Assembly: GCA_012295275.1 (NCBI GenBank)
Contig: CM022677.1
Location: 13,268,001 to 13,332,000 of the forward strand
From: Chrysomallon squamiferum
Lineage: Eukaryota; Animalia; Mollusca
Reading direction: 5' to 3'
DNA length: 64,000 nt
Every line of letters starts with the position of its first letter. Position 1 is the stretch's first letter. This document shows, one piece after another, positions 1 through 13,895 of the stretch. Under the pieces are notes generated by a model. That model ran no database searches. It saw only the letters and a list, made by a program, of their open reading frames with translations, and was not told where the DNA came from. A program made the position numbers and the translations under genes.

Positions 1-185
1 CTAGTACCCCACCCTCACACAGCTTGTGAAGGTACAGAACAAAGTTGAAACTATAATGTTTCTTGTAAGCATGTTCGTGTGCGTGAGATCGTGGGATTGA
101 ATCTCAGCGTTTTTGGAGACATCAGCAGTACTTTCCGATTCCAGATTCATCTACGAAATACTGTAGAAACACCACTTTCTTTATA

Positions 186-422
186 CAGGGTGGCCCAGAT
201 GTAACCGAACCCGAAAGCTCAATCGATGATCACTGATTTCAAGTCTGCTTCGCGAAAATGTGCAAAAAAGTAACAGAATCAACCATTGAACGATGTCATC
301 ACTGTATTACAAATAATGGTTTGCATTTTGAACATTTGCTGTAACTATATGAAATCAAATTTGTTTCATTTAACTGTAACTTTTCATAACAATTCAGGTT
401 CGGTTACATCTGGGCCACCCTG
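186..422 (+). mobile_element. Internally deleted Tc1/mariner-superfamily element (MITE-like)
   Basis: Perfect 26-bp TIRs (CAGGGTGGCCCAGATGTAACCGAACC at 186-211, reverse complement at 397-422) flanked by TA on both sides. Bases 258-344 read MCKKVTESTIERCHHCITNNGLHFEHLL*, resembling the GxHFEHLL C-terminus of mariner-type transposases. Confidence 0.9.
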
Positions 423-499
423 TATATAACATGGGTCATACCCCATGATGTGTCACCAGAGGTGGGAGGAGTTTACTCGGCGAAGTAAAGGCTATATTG

Positions 500-820
500 G
501 TTACAGTTGAGTGATATGTGCTCACAAACCTGGATTAGAGTTAGGTCCCTTACATGAGATGTAGTCAGTAAACAAATTAAAAATTATATCGATTAGACTT
601 ATCTCCCTTTAGTGATATGTGTTCACAAACATAGACTAGAGTTATGTCCTTTATGTGAGATGTACTCACTAAGCAAAGTGAAAATTGTATCGATTACAGT
701 TATCTCCCTTACGTGACATGTACTCACTGAATAAAGTAAAAATTATATCGATTAGAGTTATCTCTCTTTAGTGATATGTGCTCGCAACTTTAGCCTTACG
801 TGAGATGTACTCACTAAGCT
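500..820. repeat. Degenerate tandem repeat, ~100-bp period, ~3 copies
   Basis: GTGATATGTG(C/T)TC recurs at 511, 612 and 771. The blocks TGAGATGTACTCACTAA and AAAATTATATCGATTAGA also recur. Confidence 0.65.
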
Positions 821-1622
821 TACGTACGCTAATTATCCATATGTGATAAATGGAATCTCGAAAAATGTCGGGGTAGGGCGGGAGGGCTTGTGTTCAACTC
901 ACCTTTTCTGTCCGGGACCCTAAGCTCACCCATTTTTATCCTATCCACCCCCCCTGCCCTAGTCACCCACACACCGACTGTCTGTCCTGCATATGGATGG
1001 AGCTACTGTAAACAGGCTGAAGTTTGTACAAGCACTAGGGGCTTTTAAGATTAAACTGGTAATTAAATATTTAAAAAAGTAATATTGTTTTTGTTTACCG
1101 ACTGAAAATATAGAAACTTATCTAGTGATCATATATTGCAATTACTGATAGTGACTTCAGGATCTATCTGATCTATCTATCTATCCGTGCATACACATAC
1201 ATACACATGCATGCATGCACTCACACACTGTGTGATAGAGGTAAGCTTCTGAAAATCGACTGAATATTGACGAGTATAAATAAAATATATATGAATCCAT
1301 GATGTGTGTTTACATTGGTGTGTGTTGGTGCACACATTTGCATACAAAAACACACATACACAACAAACACATAAATTAAGCTATGCATTTCTTTATTTAC
1401 TTTATATTTTTTATTTGTTTTTCATCCATTTTCCAATCCAGTGCCTCCTGCAAGCATTATTAGAGATTTTAAAAATGATTTTTGTAATATGATTTTAAAT
1501 AATTACATATATTTATCTTGTCAATCTATTTATATCTGTTAAACAGTTCACACAAATACTTTCAGGTGTAAGTAATGTTTATCAATATTCTGCCTTATAA
1601 CATGATTAGTATAACATTAATT

Positions 1623-2385
1623 CAGTGATTCTCAACCAGTGATTTGGGGAAAAAAATAGCAATCACTGTCAACCTTTATAAGTTCCCTTTATTGCGTTTT
1701 ACCTGCATTAGAGAAGTGATCCCTATTGTGTTTACTCATCTGACAGCCCTGGACGAAAGCATCAACAATAAATTTCCGTCATTAAAGAGAGAAAAGTATG
1801 ATTGGATTAGAGATCCTTTCATAAATCATTCTTCCAACATTGAACTTGAGTTACAGGAAGAAGAAGAATTGGCCGCCCTTTCTAATGACCTTAAAATTAA
1901 AACATTCGACTCTGCCCATTGATTCATTTTGGATTTCAGTACAAGAGGTGTATCCCATATTATGTAAAAGAGTTTTAGCAATTTTATTACAATTTTCAAC
2001 TCCTTATATATGTGAATTAGGCAACATCGAAAACATGAAGCACGAGAGATTACTACAACGAAAGCAGAAATGAGGGTTTGTCTGTCTCATATTCGACCAA
2101 ACATTGAGGAAATTATGAATAAAAGCCAGGCACAAATTTCTCACTAAAGAAGCCAGCTATTTGACTGATGAAATTCGAAACACCGCAGTGAAGTATAGCT
2201 GTGTTTTTCTTTATTTAGTTTGAGTCAGTCTAGGTGTCTATGACTAGGCTGGGTCTGTGGTTGTATGCCGTCTATGACTTTACAAAATTCAAATATTTTT
2301 CATATATATTTAGCCAGGTGTGCCGCTATTTTTTCATGTATTCTAAGGTGTGCCATTGACAAAAAAAAAAGATTGAGAACCACTG
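1623..2385 (+). mobile_element. hAT (Buster/Charlie-type) DNA transposon, internally deleted
   Basis: TIRs CAGTGATTCTCAACC (1623) and GATTGAGAACCACTG (2371-2385). Both flanks have the nnnTAnnn Buster target pattern, and a transposase C-terminus lies inside. Confidence 0.85.
1710..2147 (+). pseudogene. hAT transposase C-terminal fragment (ZBED5/SCAND3/FAM200-like dimerisation region), frameshifted
   Basis: Across frames it reads DWIRDPF...EEEELAALSND / IDSFWISVQEVYPILCKRVLAILLQFSTPYICELG / EMRVCLSHIRPNIEEIMNKSQAQISH*. Confidence 0.85.
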
Positions 2386-3647
2386 TGCTAGATGAATGTT
2401 TTCACTATTGTACTGATATTACTGAAAATTAATTGTGCACCTTTCAGTGTCACAATGTGATACTTTGTTTTATGACAGCAGTAACATGACATTCCGCGAC
2501 ACAATTTACATCTCTCCCTACATGAAATTACTTGATTAATATAAAATTCAAATTTATCAAATTATGTAATTAAGAATATATCAGATTTTTTTTAAACACT
2601 AAGAAAAGTAAGTTAATCTAGAATGAAAGTCCATGTTTATTCAATAATATAACTGATAATTTTATAGTTAACTGTGGCTTTATGAAAAGTTCGCGATTTC
2701 TCATGTAATTACATTATAAATAAATCAATTTATTATTATTATCAATATTAATTTTTTTTTTTTTAAAGTATTTATTTTTTATCTCGACCGAAACAATACA
2801 CTAAGAATAAATCTGATTTCTCTGATAACTTTACGAGGCCTAATAAAAAATTCGAAGTAATTTTTATATCCGCACTCGGAACAGTTCTAATGAAACTAAG
2901 AGAATAGCTTCCGTTTTTACAGAAAAATAAAAACAAAATAAAAAATAAAAATATAAGGTGTTATTATTGTTGTTGTTGTTGTTGTTGTTGTTATTTAGCT
3001 GTTGACAAAGACAGGACCTGTGACAAATATGGTGTCTGCTTAACTGACTCATTGATACTTACTGGTGGAGTGGTTATTTTAATATCTAATAATAATAATA
3101 AGGTATAATAAGAAATGTAAAATATATTACACTATACAACATGCGCTGATGTACACCTTGTAATGAAAAAAATAAACTTCGCATAATAAAATGACATGTT
3201 CACCTTCTTTTTCTCAGCTAATCAGTACAAACTGTCGTGATTCCAGGGAATTAACTCAGATATTTTTCAATATAACCTGATATAAATATACGATAATTAA
3301 TAAAATATGAGATTAACATTTCTCAACATAATTAACCTTCAAACTGTAAATATCACTGCTCATAATTAATTTTCATCTTTTTTTTATTTTTATAAGTAAT
3401 TAAACCGCTTATTTTCATAACGCCATGTATAATTATTATTTATAACTGTTAGTAATGTCTACTATATTAACTGTGGTTATCAATATTTTCTGTAGTGCAC
3501 ATAATATTTAAGTTCGACGTACAGTAAAATTTCACCTTTCTATTATATGATTTAGAATTAGTAAAGTAAAATATCACGTTACTTTTACTAAAACGGACAC
3601 TTCAAAGCGGTACCTGAAGTTAGTTGCATAGTGTTCTCTATATATTT

Positions 3648-3698
3648 TGACGTCACATACAAAGCTACTATTATTTTAAAAAATTACAACACGGAAGT
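3648..3698 (+). promoter_or_regulatory. Candidate promoter elements (CRE TGACGTCA, ETS CGGAAGT)
   Basis: TGACGTCA at 3648-3655 and CGGAAGT at 3692-3698 lie in a CpG-retaining block just upstream of a run of exon relics. Motif presence only. Confidence 0.3.
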
Positions 3699-4089
3699 TC
3701 CATCTATATTTTTGAATGTTCACAGTGAAATCATACCTGTAGTTTTCAGTGTTTTGTCGTATAACTAACTGAATATCATCTCAGTCACGAAGGATAGTTG
3801 AGAAATTTAGAAATAAAGAGGGTTTCCAAATTCCTAATTCCTAATTGCTCTGTTACTCAGCATTGGTTTTTAGTTGCACCTCAAATGATAATTAAATATT
3901 GATTTTCTTTTTGTAGACAGGTGTGTATTGAAAAGGTGAGGTTTCTCTGTTAAATATTAGCAAATAATTTATTACATATGAAGTGATATTCATCATGAAA
4001 TTTCTAGTTGAGAAGTACAGTGAATATTCAGGAATAAAATATCGCAACCAGATAAAAATGTTATTTCATTAGCAACTGTATAATAAGGA

Positions 4090-4430
4090 GTACACCAATA
4101 ACGTTATGAACAACGCCGGCACGACGGTAGCGACGGACACATAGTGATTCGCACGCTCAGAAAGTATGAGGAATGATTAAAAAAAAGTGCTAAAGAATAA
4201 TGAGAAGGACTCTACGAAAGCTAGAAAGAAGGCGTTTACGAAGGCAACGATGATGATATTAACAGAAATGGTAATAATACATTTTAGAGTAGGATTTGAA
4301 CACGCATGAATAAAAATTAATAAAAAGAAAAAGAATAGTGAGAGGTATACCGAGAACTGTGAGGACAACGCCGTTACGACGGTAGCCACGGCTACATTAA
4401 TAGAAATATTAACAGTATATTTTAGTACTG
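4090..4430 (+). repeat. Degenerate ~130-bp tandem satellite, copy 1 of a family also at 31385-31770 and inverted at 59780-60560
   Basis: Units AACAACGCCG(T/G)TACGACGG(T/C)A..GA....ATTAATAGAAAT and GCTCAGAAAGTA.GAGGAAT...AAAGAATAATGAGAA are shared with the 31.4-31.8 kb copy. Confidence 0.75.
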
Positions 4431-5449
4431 GAGGACACTGATTGCAATACTTAGTAAAAGGCAAAGTAATATTTTTTTATTGTTTTCAAAGATTGGTAAA
4501 TTCCTGGACAGTAATAAGCAACTTATTGTAGTGTGAGTTGTAAGCTTTGTGATTTTATTTCGTGCATTAATTAAATAAATAAGAAGAAGAAAGAAAAAGT
4601 AGGGAGAAAAAGTAGAGAGAAAAAATAACAACACCCTTTATTTGAAGTTCACGGTCAACGATTGGCTAATAATAAGATAAAAAAAAAAAAAAAATAAATA
4701 AATAAATAAATAAAAGAAGAAGAACAACATCGATTTATAATTAGTACGTATATTTTAATAAAGGTTGTGATGCTCCTTTATTTTATTTTATTTGTTTTGA
4801 ACATTATTTTAATTTTTGTTTTCTTTATTTATTTATTTTTTAGTGTAGAAGTTGCGGAAAATGCGGGATGATTGTCGGTCTTCACGGATTTACTTTTTTA
4901 TTTGATGTTCGAAGAATCTTCTACAGAATTGGGTTAATCGCATTATCATGCAACAAAAAAGTTACTTAAAGTATTTAATATTGTGAAGGAGATAGGTATT
5001 ACTATTTATTATTATAATTGATAATGCGTTTGGATTTTTTTCGTTTTATTTAATTATAATTTAAAAGTCATAGACACATGATGGCAGCCATATTATTTGG
5101 GAACAATAATTATTTATTTATTTATTTAGTTATATTTTTCAAAAAAAAAAAAAAAAACGGCACTCGATTAATAATAACATTCACCAGAGGCTGTACTAAT
5201 GTGAACAGCATAAACAACGTCATATAAATAAGAAATCATGTTTAGTCTTCACTTTTGTTTTACCAATCAGCATATCAGGGACAAATTTTGAGTGGCCAGT
5301 GATTAAATTTGTTTTAAAATAAATTAACTTGTGTAGCATACACCAAAGGAAACACCACAACAACTCACAGAGAATTTTGCATTTTAATATTATTATTATT
5401 ATTATTTATTTATTATTATTAAATAAAACTAATAAAACTATTAAAAGAA

Positions 5450-5812
5450 AATCAGCTGATACTGGTAAAGACAAGAGCCAGGAAGTTGAGCAGCAGGTGA
5501 TATTTGAGCTTGCAGCTCAGAGAATGAAACTGGATGAGAAGAAAACAGAGGCTGTAACTGCAGCAGAACAAGAAGGCAACATTCATGAGAGTCTTGCCAC
5601 ATTCGAAGGACCGAACTAGTCTTGTACCTGATTCAGAGTGGGACCAATGAATTCAGGTCCCTGTCCCCTTCATAAAAATCCAGGCCATTTTCCAGATAAG
5701 GGACACAAGAGACTATTGATAATGTGAATCAACAGTCTGGTGTCAAGTAACGTGTCAGGCCTGTGTTTGAATGTTTTCAGAAACCTCTCAACAGTGGCAG
5801 GGTATGTTTTTT

Positions 5813-5861
<49 letters not shown>

Positions 5862-6534
5862 AATATTACATGAATGATCATAAGCAAAACAAAAAATGCA
5901 TTTATCAGACAAATGTTGATTGATAAAAAGAAAAGGTAACATGTTCATGTTGTAATTTCTAAACACTTTTTTTTACCACTTATGTTAAATATTTTATGTA
6001 GGTTATTGGTGTATTATTCAGTTGCTGTCTAGAAAGGGAATTTACATTTTGGAGAAGGATGAATCAGCTGTACTGAAACTACAGACTGCACAATTCCAAG
6101 TTGTGAGTTTTTGCTTATTTTTATTTCTTAGCGAGTAAAATATGTTTTATAGTAACAACTCTTTACTATAGCATAATAATAATTGTTTATTTTCTATTGT
6201 TTTGTTAATTATTTAAATTGTTACCATTATCATCATCATTATTTTTATAATGATTATACAAAGTATATCAAAAATATCCGACACCCCTTTCTGTCTGAAT
6301 AATCCAGTAACTGATAACAGTAAAATTTAAAAATTAATTATAACAGAAACATTAGTTATTTATTTATAACAGTTTATTATTTTTATTATTTAATTTAATT
6401 TTTTTTTCTTTTTTTTCAGAATGCACATAATTGATTCTGACATTATTTGCTTCATCACACCTATATGTAAATTATAAAATATTCAACTCATACATTATAA
6501 ACCTATGAATGTACAAGGTTTATATCATGTACAT

Positions 6535-6604
<70 letters not shown>

Positions 6605-9600
6605 ACATTCATATGTGATTATTTTGGTGTACATTTCAGTACTTTAATTTAAAAGAAGAAGCATTATATTTTATGAGTACTTTAAAATGTTTAACATTAT
6701 TTTTACTAGACTGGAACTGGCAGTAGCCAGGAGGATCTCCTGTACACGTGAGATGGTAGACAATAAAACCTTGTAGACTTTCTCACAGAGCTGTTCTTCT
6801 GGTTTGAAATGATAAAACTGACAGAGACAGGACAGCTGCTGAATGGTTAGGAAGCAGAAAGTAAGTTTTGTGAGAGTTTTTAGTTTACGTTGCAAGGCCA
6901 TATTGTATTAAATATTTTATTATACAAATTTATGAAATGTATTTTAGTGGAAGAATTGGGATTTGTAATATTCAGTTTCAGTGTACAGACCTTTGACCAT
7001 GTATTTCTATTATTTAAATGGAGGATTTCAGGCTTTAATAGATTCTTATATACTGGTCAGTATTTTACAAGGTTTTTTAGCAGTCTAGTTGATGATCCAT
7101 GCCTGATGAAACATGCTGGGTATGTTCTTAAATATAATATTTCTTCTTTGTTTTAGATTTGGTGTAATTAATGATCAGCTTGAAGTATGTGTTTATTAAA
7201 TCAACAAATGTCAGACCAGTTGAGTTAATATTTAGTTAAGATGCTGTAAAGTATCTGTTCACAGTGTAAATATACTGTCCTAGTTATCAATATTTATATT
7301 TAATTCTTTCCTAATACAGAAACTTCTGTTGCTGCTTAACTTTCAGCCTGAAGAAAGTTATTGTTATATTATAGAATAATGTATCTAAGTGTAAAATTAA
7401 ACTATAAACAGATATTTTGAATTATTACAGTATTTCATTTACAGAATTTATGATTATTTGAATAATATGTTTATCTATCACTTATCATTGTTTATGTTAA
7501 AACAAAATTTCTGTTAATTTCTGATTCTTGTTATTAATTTTCAGAGGAAATCACAGGATGATGCCCAGTTCCTGTTGGAGAATGTGGATCATGATATTCA
7601 GTTAGTTTGAGAAGACCACTTTGATTATTTACAGGACACTGATATTGGTGAGTCACTTCTAAAATAATTTTATCTTCATAAAAATATAATAATAAAAAAA
7701 ATTAAAACAATCAATTTTTTTGTATTTAAAACTTTAAATGATACTCATCTAATGTCATTACATTTTATTTATTGATTTTTTATTTTACTCACTAGGGAAT
7801 CACAAAAAAACTAAGATATCAAGTTTCCAGGAACAGTATATATATTACATTAGAATTATAATTAGTTTTGTCATTCTTATTATTGTTTGTTTCTTTTACC
7901 ACTGTTGGTTTTTGTTCCATAATTGTTAATTTGGTTTTTGTTAATTAAAACTGAGTGAAAAATTCAGTATTCAGCGAATGTTTCCACCCCGGTATCAGTG
8001 GAAAGTTTTTTTTGTGGCCTTGTAAATATGCAGAGTTTGATTGGCTGAGTTTAAAATAGAAGATCAACAAATAAGAACAAAATAAGAATAAAACACTAAA
8101 CAAAGGGTTACTAGGACGGAATTCCCCTTCACTCACTTGTCAAGAATATCATCTGACATAATTTCCAATGCAAGTGAGGTAATTTCCAAGATGGCATTTA
8201 ACCGTATGCATGCTGAAATTTTAACTAAGGCTTTAAACTCTGAATGTAGGGCGAATATATTGGACAATACAGATTGAGAAGATGTACAATCTTTGATCAA
8301 GGATTATTTTCTGATTCTTCTGTTACTGAAGTGATAAATGACACTGGTGACACAGAGAACAACGAAGATTCAGCCGATGACACTGATTCTGAATTAAATT
8401 TTGCTTGCTGTGGATTGATCACTTTTGAAGAAGAAAGTAGCGACAGACCTCTGATTGAAACAGAATTCATTTCAACACTTGAAATAGACATTAATCAGTC
8501 ATGTGATCTGATTGCTGATAAGGAAAATGTAAAAGTTTTACTGTAATTGTTAAAATAAAACTGCTGGAGAAGGACAAAGTGTAAATTGTGGATGCATTTC
8601 TCAGTTTTCCTGAGATGAAGTGCTGGAACAGAGAATGAATATGACAGAATTCAACGAAGGTAAGAATGCATAGTTTGTAATATTTATAGATAAAGGGACT
8701 ATCCTCTGTTTGTTGTAATTTTAATGTTTTCAAAAATGATAAAAATAAGAGTTGATTGGGATTTTTTTTTTTTTTTTTTTTACTTATAAGTTATATAATA
8801 ATATTAATCAATAGTAGCCGAGTATAGATATTTAACATTAAATATATTTTTGATTACCCTAATGTTTTGTATTAATTTTAGCCATAAAATAATTTTGTAT
8901 ATAATATCAACATTTTCTTAAAACTCCAAAATTTATGAACTTTGAAACAATTTAGCAATATAAATTATAATGTTTACATATTGAAATAAGATGTTCTTTA
9001 AACAGAAGAGGATGTGCATTGGGAGGAGTGGATGGAGGCAACTTAACCATTAGATTATATCACAATACTTTGCTTGCATAATTCTGTATTACTGTGAACA
9101 TATAATATATTAAGTTATTATTGAATAATATAAAAATGTTTTTTAAACAACAGGTAACTGACTAAACTTTAATATAATTTTAAAAATATTTTATTTTGTG
9201 TTTTGCAGCTGGAAAAGACATGATTCTGTTTGGAGTACTGTCAAGTACTATGAATAATGGAGAGATGACATGTTTAAAACCCTGATGACAAACAGAACGT
9301 AAACTCCAGAGATGTTGCTACATGATAGATTCTAAAACTGTAGAGAAACCTTCCAATTCATTGATGGATAAGTGTGTGTTTTAATCCATTAATCATGAGT
9401 AGTTGTGTTCTGCTGGAGTTTATATTAGATAAATATTACTGTTTAAAATACATGATTATTTAAGAATTGAACGTTAAAATGGAAGTAGTCTTTTATGTTA
9501 TTATTTTACATTGTTTTCAGTCATCCATTTCAGTATATATATAGTTTTTTTTCTTATTGAGGAGCAGGTGGGTTTTCTAAATGTATTTCCATACATCGTA

Positions 9601-12600
9601 TTTTTAAAAATATTTGATTACTATACCAATGATTATATATAAGTGTTGCTACAAAGAACAATCACAAAAATAGGGAAATCCTCCTTTATTAATCCATGGA
9701 AGCTGCATGTTCCCTTCATAGTTGTTGCATGCCCTAGGACAGATCTGTGCTGGCAGTGCAAACCAATGAGATGATACAATGAACTGCCAATCTTCCAAAA
9801 GTTGAGAAAAAGCAAGTGCTTGGTGAACAACTAGATCATCTGTGTATTGTTGAATCTGAATGGAAGTTACTGCTGTTGAAGCTAATATTACCAATGTTGG
9901 CCCTCACGAACCTAACTCTTTCCCTGGTACAATTCATTAATCTTTCAGCTTTGCCCAACAAGTCCACATACCAAGTAGTCTGCTCCAGCCTGGACCAGTT
10001 TATTTCCTTGTACGTAGAAAATGTGGGATTTTTGGAATTTGTTGTGAGGCCCTTCCTCAGCAGATTAATTATTTGATTGATGAAGCTATGAGTAGTAGCA
10101 AGGAGTCTAATATGGTAATTTCTTTACTACACCATTTTCTGGTTTGGCCTGGGAGAAATGAAAGTAAACTTACACTGTGACAAAATAAGAATCAATGTAT
10201 GTTGTGGTATGCAGCATGGAGGGTTATGGTTGGACTCCATACAGAAATAACACTTAATTTTATGCCTTCTGGCCATAACAAGTTTGCACCAGACTGGTGT
10301 TTTGGTTTATTAAAATTCAGAAGTTAGTTGTCTTGCCAATTTGTTTCGAGTTGTTGAATCCAGTACAACAAAGGTAATCAACCAAATTGTATGTTCTGAA
10401 ACCAGAGATGTGCATGTGACAGTATATGACTGCAGGTGTACTTTGATGGGTGGATTCGTCTTCTTAAGGAATGAAGTCAATTCAGAATTTCCATTTTTGG
10501 AGTGATGAACCAGGCATTGTATTTATAAGCAAAAGCTTGATGAGATTGAGATTGTTTTCAGAGCAGAGTCAGTGAAGGCAGCACTAAGAGGACTTCCAGA
10601 ACCTATACCCCCTCCTGGGATTCCAGCTGGCTGACAGGAATACCTTCACCTCAGCATTCAACCTTTTGTTAGACAAGACATGCAGCTACATTAACACTAA
10701 CTTGAAACTGTTGGTAAAAATATTATTTTCAAATTACACCTTTGGGTGTTTTCATGTCGCAGTTGTAATAGTTTATCACATGTGACAATTCTACATGCTG
10801 TATATAAATAACATTCCATTATTACTAATTGATTTATGTCTCTCTCAATAATTCAAGCTTTCATGGAGGGAATATAATAATTATTAAGATGTTTACAACA
10901 TAAATATATACAGAATTTTCCAGGCATTTTATCCATGCTTTCAAGTATTTTCAGAGCATATTTCTATCAAATTATGAACAGATTATTTGCTGTAAAAACC
11001 TATTTACTAATGACTAGATTTCTTTTTCATTTTTTTCTTCTTATTATTAATGTTTGCATAATAATAGACTACAATTGGATTAATTTTGAATTGTTATTAT
11101 TATTTCTGGGGTGAAAATTAATAGTATGACAATGTATCAAAGTGTCAGTCTATTTCAGTGTATTGTATGAAAGTATTGTACAGTAATTAAATATTAGAAA
11201 ACATTCTCTTTTTAAATTGGTTACCCATTGTCATGATCCACACATACATACATGTTATCCTTAAAATGAAATAGTTTGGTTTTTGTTTATTATAAAGGAA
11301 GTAGCATATCTTTGTTATTCAGGGTTTTATCAGAGAAATTTAATTATAACAATTTTTAAAAAGAAATTGAAAGGCAAGGAATGTGTTTAATTGGTATCAG
11401 TGGGTGCAGCATGGTGTGATCTGTTCAAAGCTTGGCGAGGCTCCATTCTTTAACTGGCTTGGAAAATTTCTATAATTAGTAACAGTGATCTAGTTGGTCC
11501 TGTTTAGTTGTTTGTCCTTTTGTTTGTTGATGCACTAAAAAGGTGCATTTTTACTTATTTTATATAAAATATTGTGCAAAAAGTAAAATATATATTGCCT
11601 TCAAACAGTAGAATTCTTTAGTGAACTAAGTTTGATAAGCAGGCCAAATTTCATGAACATACAGTAATGGTTGCTAAGGAAAATGTTACAAAGAACTTCT
11701 TGTTCCTTTGAGCTTCCAGAAAAGAAAACTTAGTGAAGTATGTTTATTTCATCGTGTAAATGGTGAATATTTAGTAAATGGAGTTTATTTTTTTATAAAT
11801 AATGGATAGCTAGAAAATATCAACATTGTTTTTCTTTTAAAAAACAAAAACAAACAAAAAAGAAGCCCTGAGAAGAATTAGAAAAGGATATAGTATATGT
11901 ACTTTGATGTTTTCATTGATCAGTAACATATTTTGTTTTGTCTTTCCACCTTTATCATTTTTATTCCATTTTTTAAAATTTTACTTTAATGTATTTTATT
12001 TGTTTTTAACTGGCATAAAATAATTTATAAGTAGTGTTAGTTGTGCTTATCCAGTATATAGAGTAATTAGTTGTAATACAATCATTCTTTCCTAAACTTG
12101 CTCTTTCTAGACAAGATGCAGAAGTGAAATAGTTCTGACATGGATGTTGGGTGGATCAGAATGTACCACCCTGCAACATTCTGCTTCTCTGGTAAGACTG
12201 TTAAATTAATGATTTGTTTTTTTCTTAAAGTTTGTAAGTTTCATGTTAATAAAGTGAAGAATGCAAATTACCATAAGTTTTGTCTTCATAACATAATAAA
12301 AAACAAATAATAAAAAGATCAGGAGAGTTGAGTGATACACATCTTCAGAATGATCAGGGGTGCACTGATGATTAAAATAAGAGTATACACTTTAAAGATT
12401 TTGTTTTCAATATAACAATGTGTGTGAGTGGAAGAAGATAATGTTGATGAATAAAGAAACTTAGTAATTTGTAAGAAGTAGCAGAAAATCAAAGATGTTT
12501 AAGTCCAGCCCTTTTCTTGGTTTTTCTTAGAAACTAATAAAATAAATTCATAATTAGAAAATGGCATTTACAGGTTGATAATTATCATACTATTCTATAC

Positions 12601-13475
12601 GTTTAAAGTTATTTAAGATGGCAGTTGTAGTTAGTACATTTTATTTCTTTTTCAATAATTTTACATTGTTCTCAAAATGGTTTTACTTACTAATTATATC
12701 AGGGTTTATTAATCAGTTTTAGGAATAACAATATAGCTATTTAAATGTACTAATTTATTGTGTATTCATGCTTACGTTAAATGTCTTCAACTGCATTTAT
12801 CTTTTATCTTTGAGAAAATATAAGAAAATTGTCAGGATTTTTTCACGTTAAAATAACAATTAATTGAATTCAAATATTTACACTGTCTGTCTTCTTATTT
12901 TTATTTACAGAATAGTACTGATAATTTTATATAAATTTTTCATAAAGCATTCCTATTTGCTGATATTTTAAATGATGTTAAGTTTAGATATTGTAGAATC
13001 AATGTAATAATGGTTTATGCACCAACAAACCTTGTCATAATTTGCATGCCAGCCTAATAGAGTAGTCAAGAGCACATTTGTAATTTGCTGTGATTAATAT
13101 TGCATTCTAATCTGAACTACATAGATTAACTATAGGCAAAAGGTATTTACGATATTAAATTGATTGAAATTAAGAATATAAAAAACTTTAATAATTTATT
13201 TATATTATTAAAATAAAAAATTGGACTAAAATTCTTCTTGCTAAGAAAGCGAAATGCAATTAGAGCTGACAACAAAAATACTGCTTGCACTTTATTTTAT
13301 GTTTAGTTTATTAATGAATATTATATTTTGTTGTAGGATCCTAGACATCAGATTCAAGCTGCAAAAATTCTATGTTCTCCAAGAGACTGCATTGTCAATG
13401 TGATCAGAACATCCAGTGTACACATTGTACTTCATAGCAGCTTGCACTGTTTTTATCATTGATGTGTGCAAGGTT
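5450..13475 (+). pseudogene. Chain of decayed spliced exons of unidentified protein(s)
   Basis: GC-richer blocks with AG/GT borders at ~5450-5801, 6002-6102, 6710-6860, 7545-7647 (RKSQDDAQFLLENVDHDIQLV*EDHFDYLQDTDI), 12111-12191 and 13337-~13475 (ILDIRFKLQKFYVLQETALSM*SEHPVYTLYFIAACTV). Stops are present and the product is not recognised. Confidence 0.4.
8191..10690 (+). mobile_element. Decayed intron-containing DDE transposase gene, Sola-like
   Basis: ATG at 8191, acidic N-terminus, C-x-C...C.SQFS motif, intron 8660-9208, then KDMILFGVLSS. The core at ~9935-10320 reads SFSFAQQVHIPSSLLQPGPVYFLVRRKCGIFGICCEALPQQINYLIDEA...HCD/QNKN...WRVMVGLH...GHNKFAPDWCFGLLK. The (H/S)xDN..GQNKN and GH...D..FG motifs suggest the Sola/DUF7869-type group. 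Multiple stops and frameshifts. Confidence 0.75.
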
Positions 13476-13544
13476 ATTCTAATTTTTCTCGCTGAAAGAG
13501 GAATGGATATTCATCTTTTATGTTATCTTCTTTTTCTTTACATG

Positions 13545-13895
13545 ATTTAAATCCGGGGAAATCAAGAGTTTACTGGGGTTAATCCATGTAAATTGAAAAT
13601 TATGTAATTAGGGGTAATTAGAATATTTTATATATTAAAAATATACTTTTACCTTTTTTATATTATTTAGATCAAGGGAAATCAAGAATTTATTAGTGGT
13701 AATTAATGTAAATGTAATGAACATTATGTAATTAGGGGTAATTTGAATTTTTATATTTTGAAAAAAAAAACACTCACAAAAAGATGTCACAAAAAGTGTT
13801 CTGTATATTATTTAAAATGGGATAATCAAGAGTTTGTTGGGGGTATAGTGTAAATATAATTGTAGGTTTACTAATTAGAGGTAATTAGAATTTTT
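13545..13895. repeat. Degenerate tandem repeat, ~120-145 bp, 3 copies
   Basis: GG(A/AT)AATCAAGA(G/A)TTT...TAATTAG(G/A)GGTAATT occurs at ~13556, ~13676 and ~13819. Confidence 0.65.

Noticed and set aside
9213-9228. Shared AAAGACATGATTCTG between the transposase exon and the 56013 exon
   Set aside because: Similarity does not extend beyond ~15 bp, so it is treated as chance.
7790-10880. Terminal inverted repeats for the Sola-like element
   Set aside because: No convincing TIR pair was found by eye, so element boundaries are left at the coding relic.
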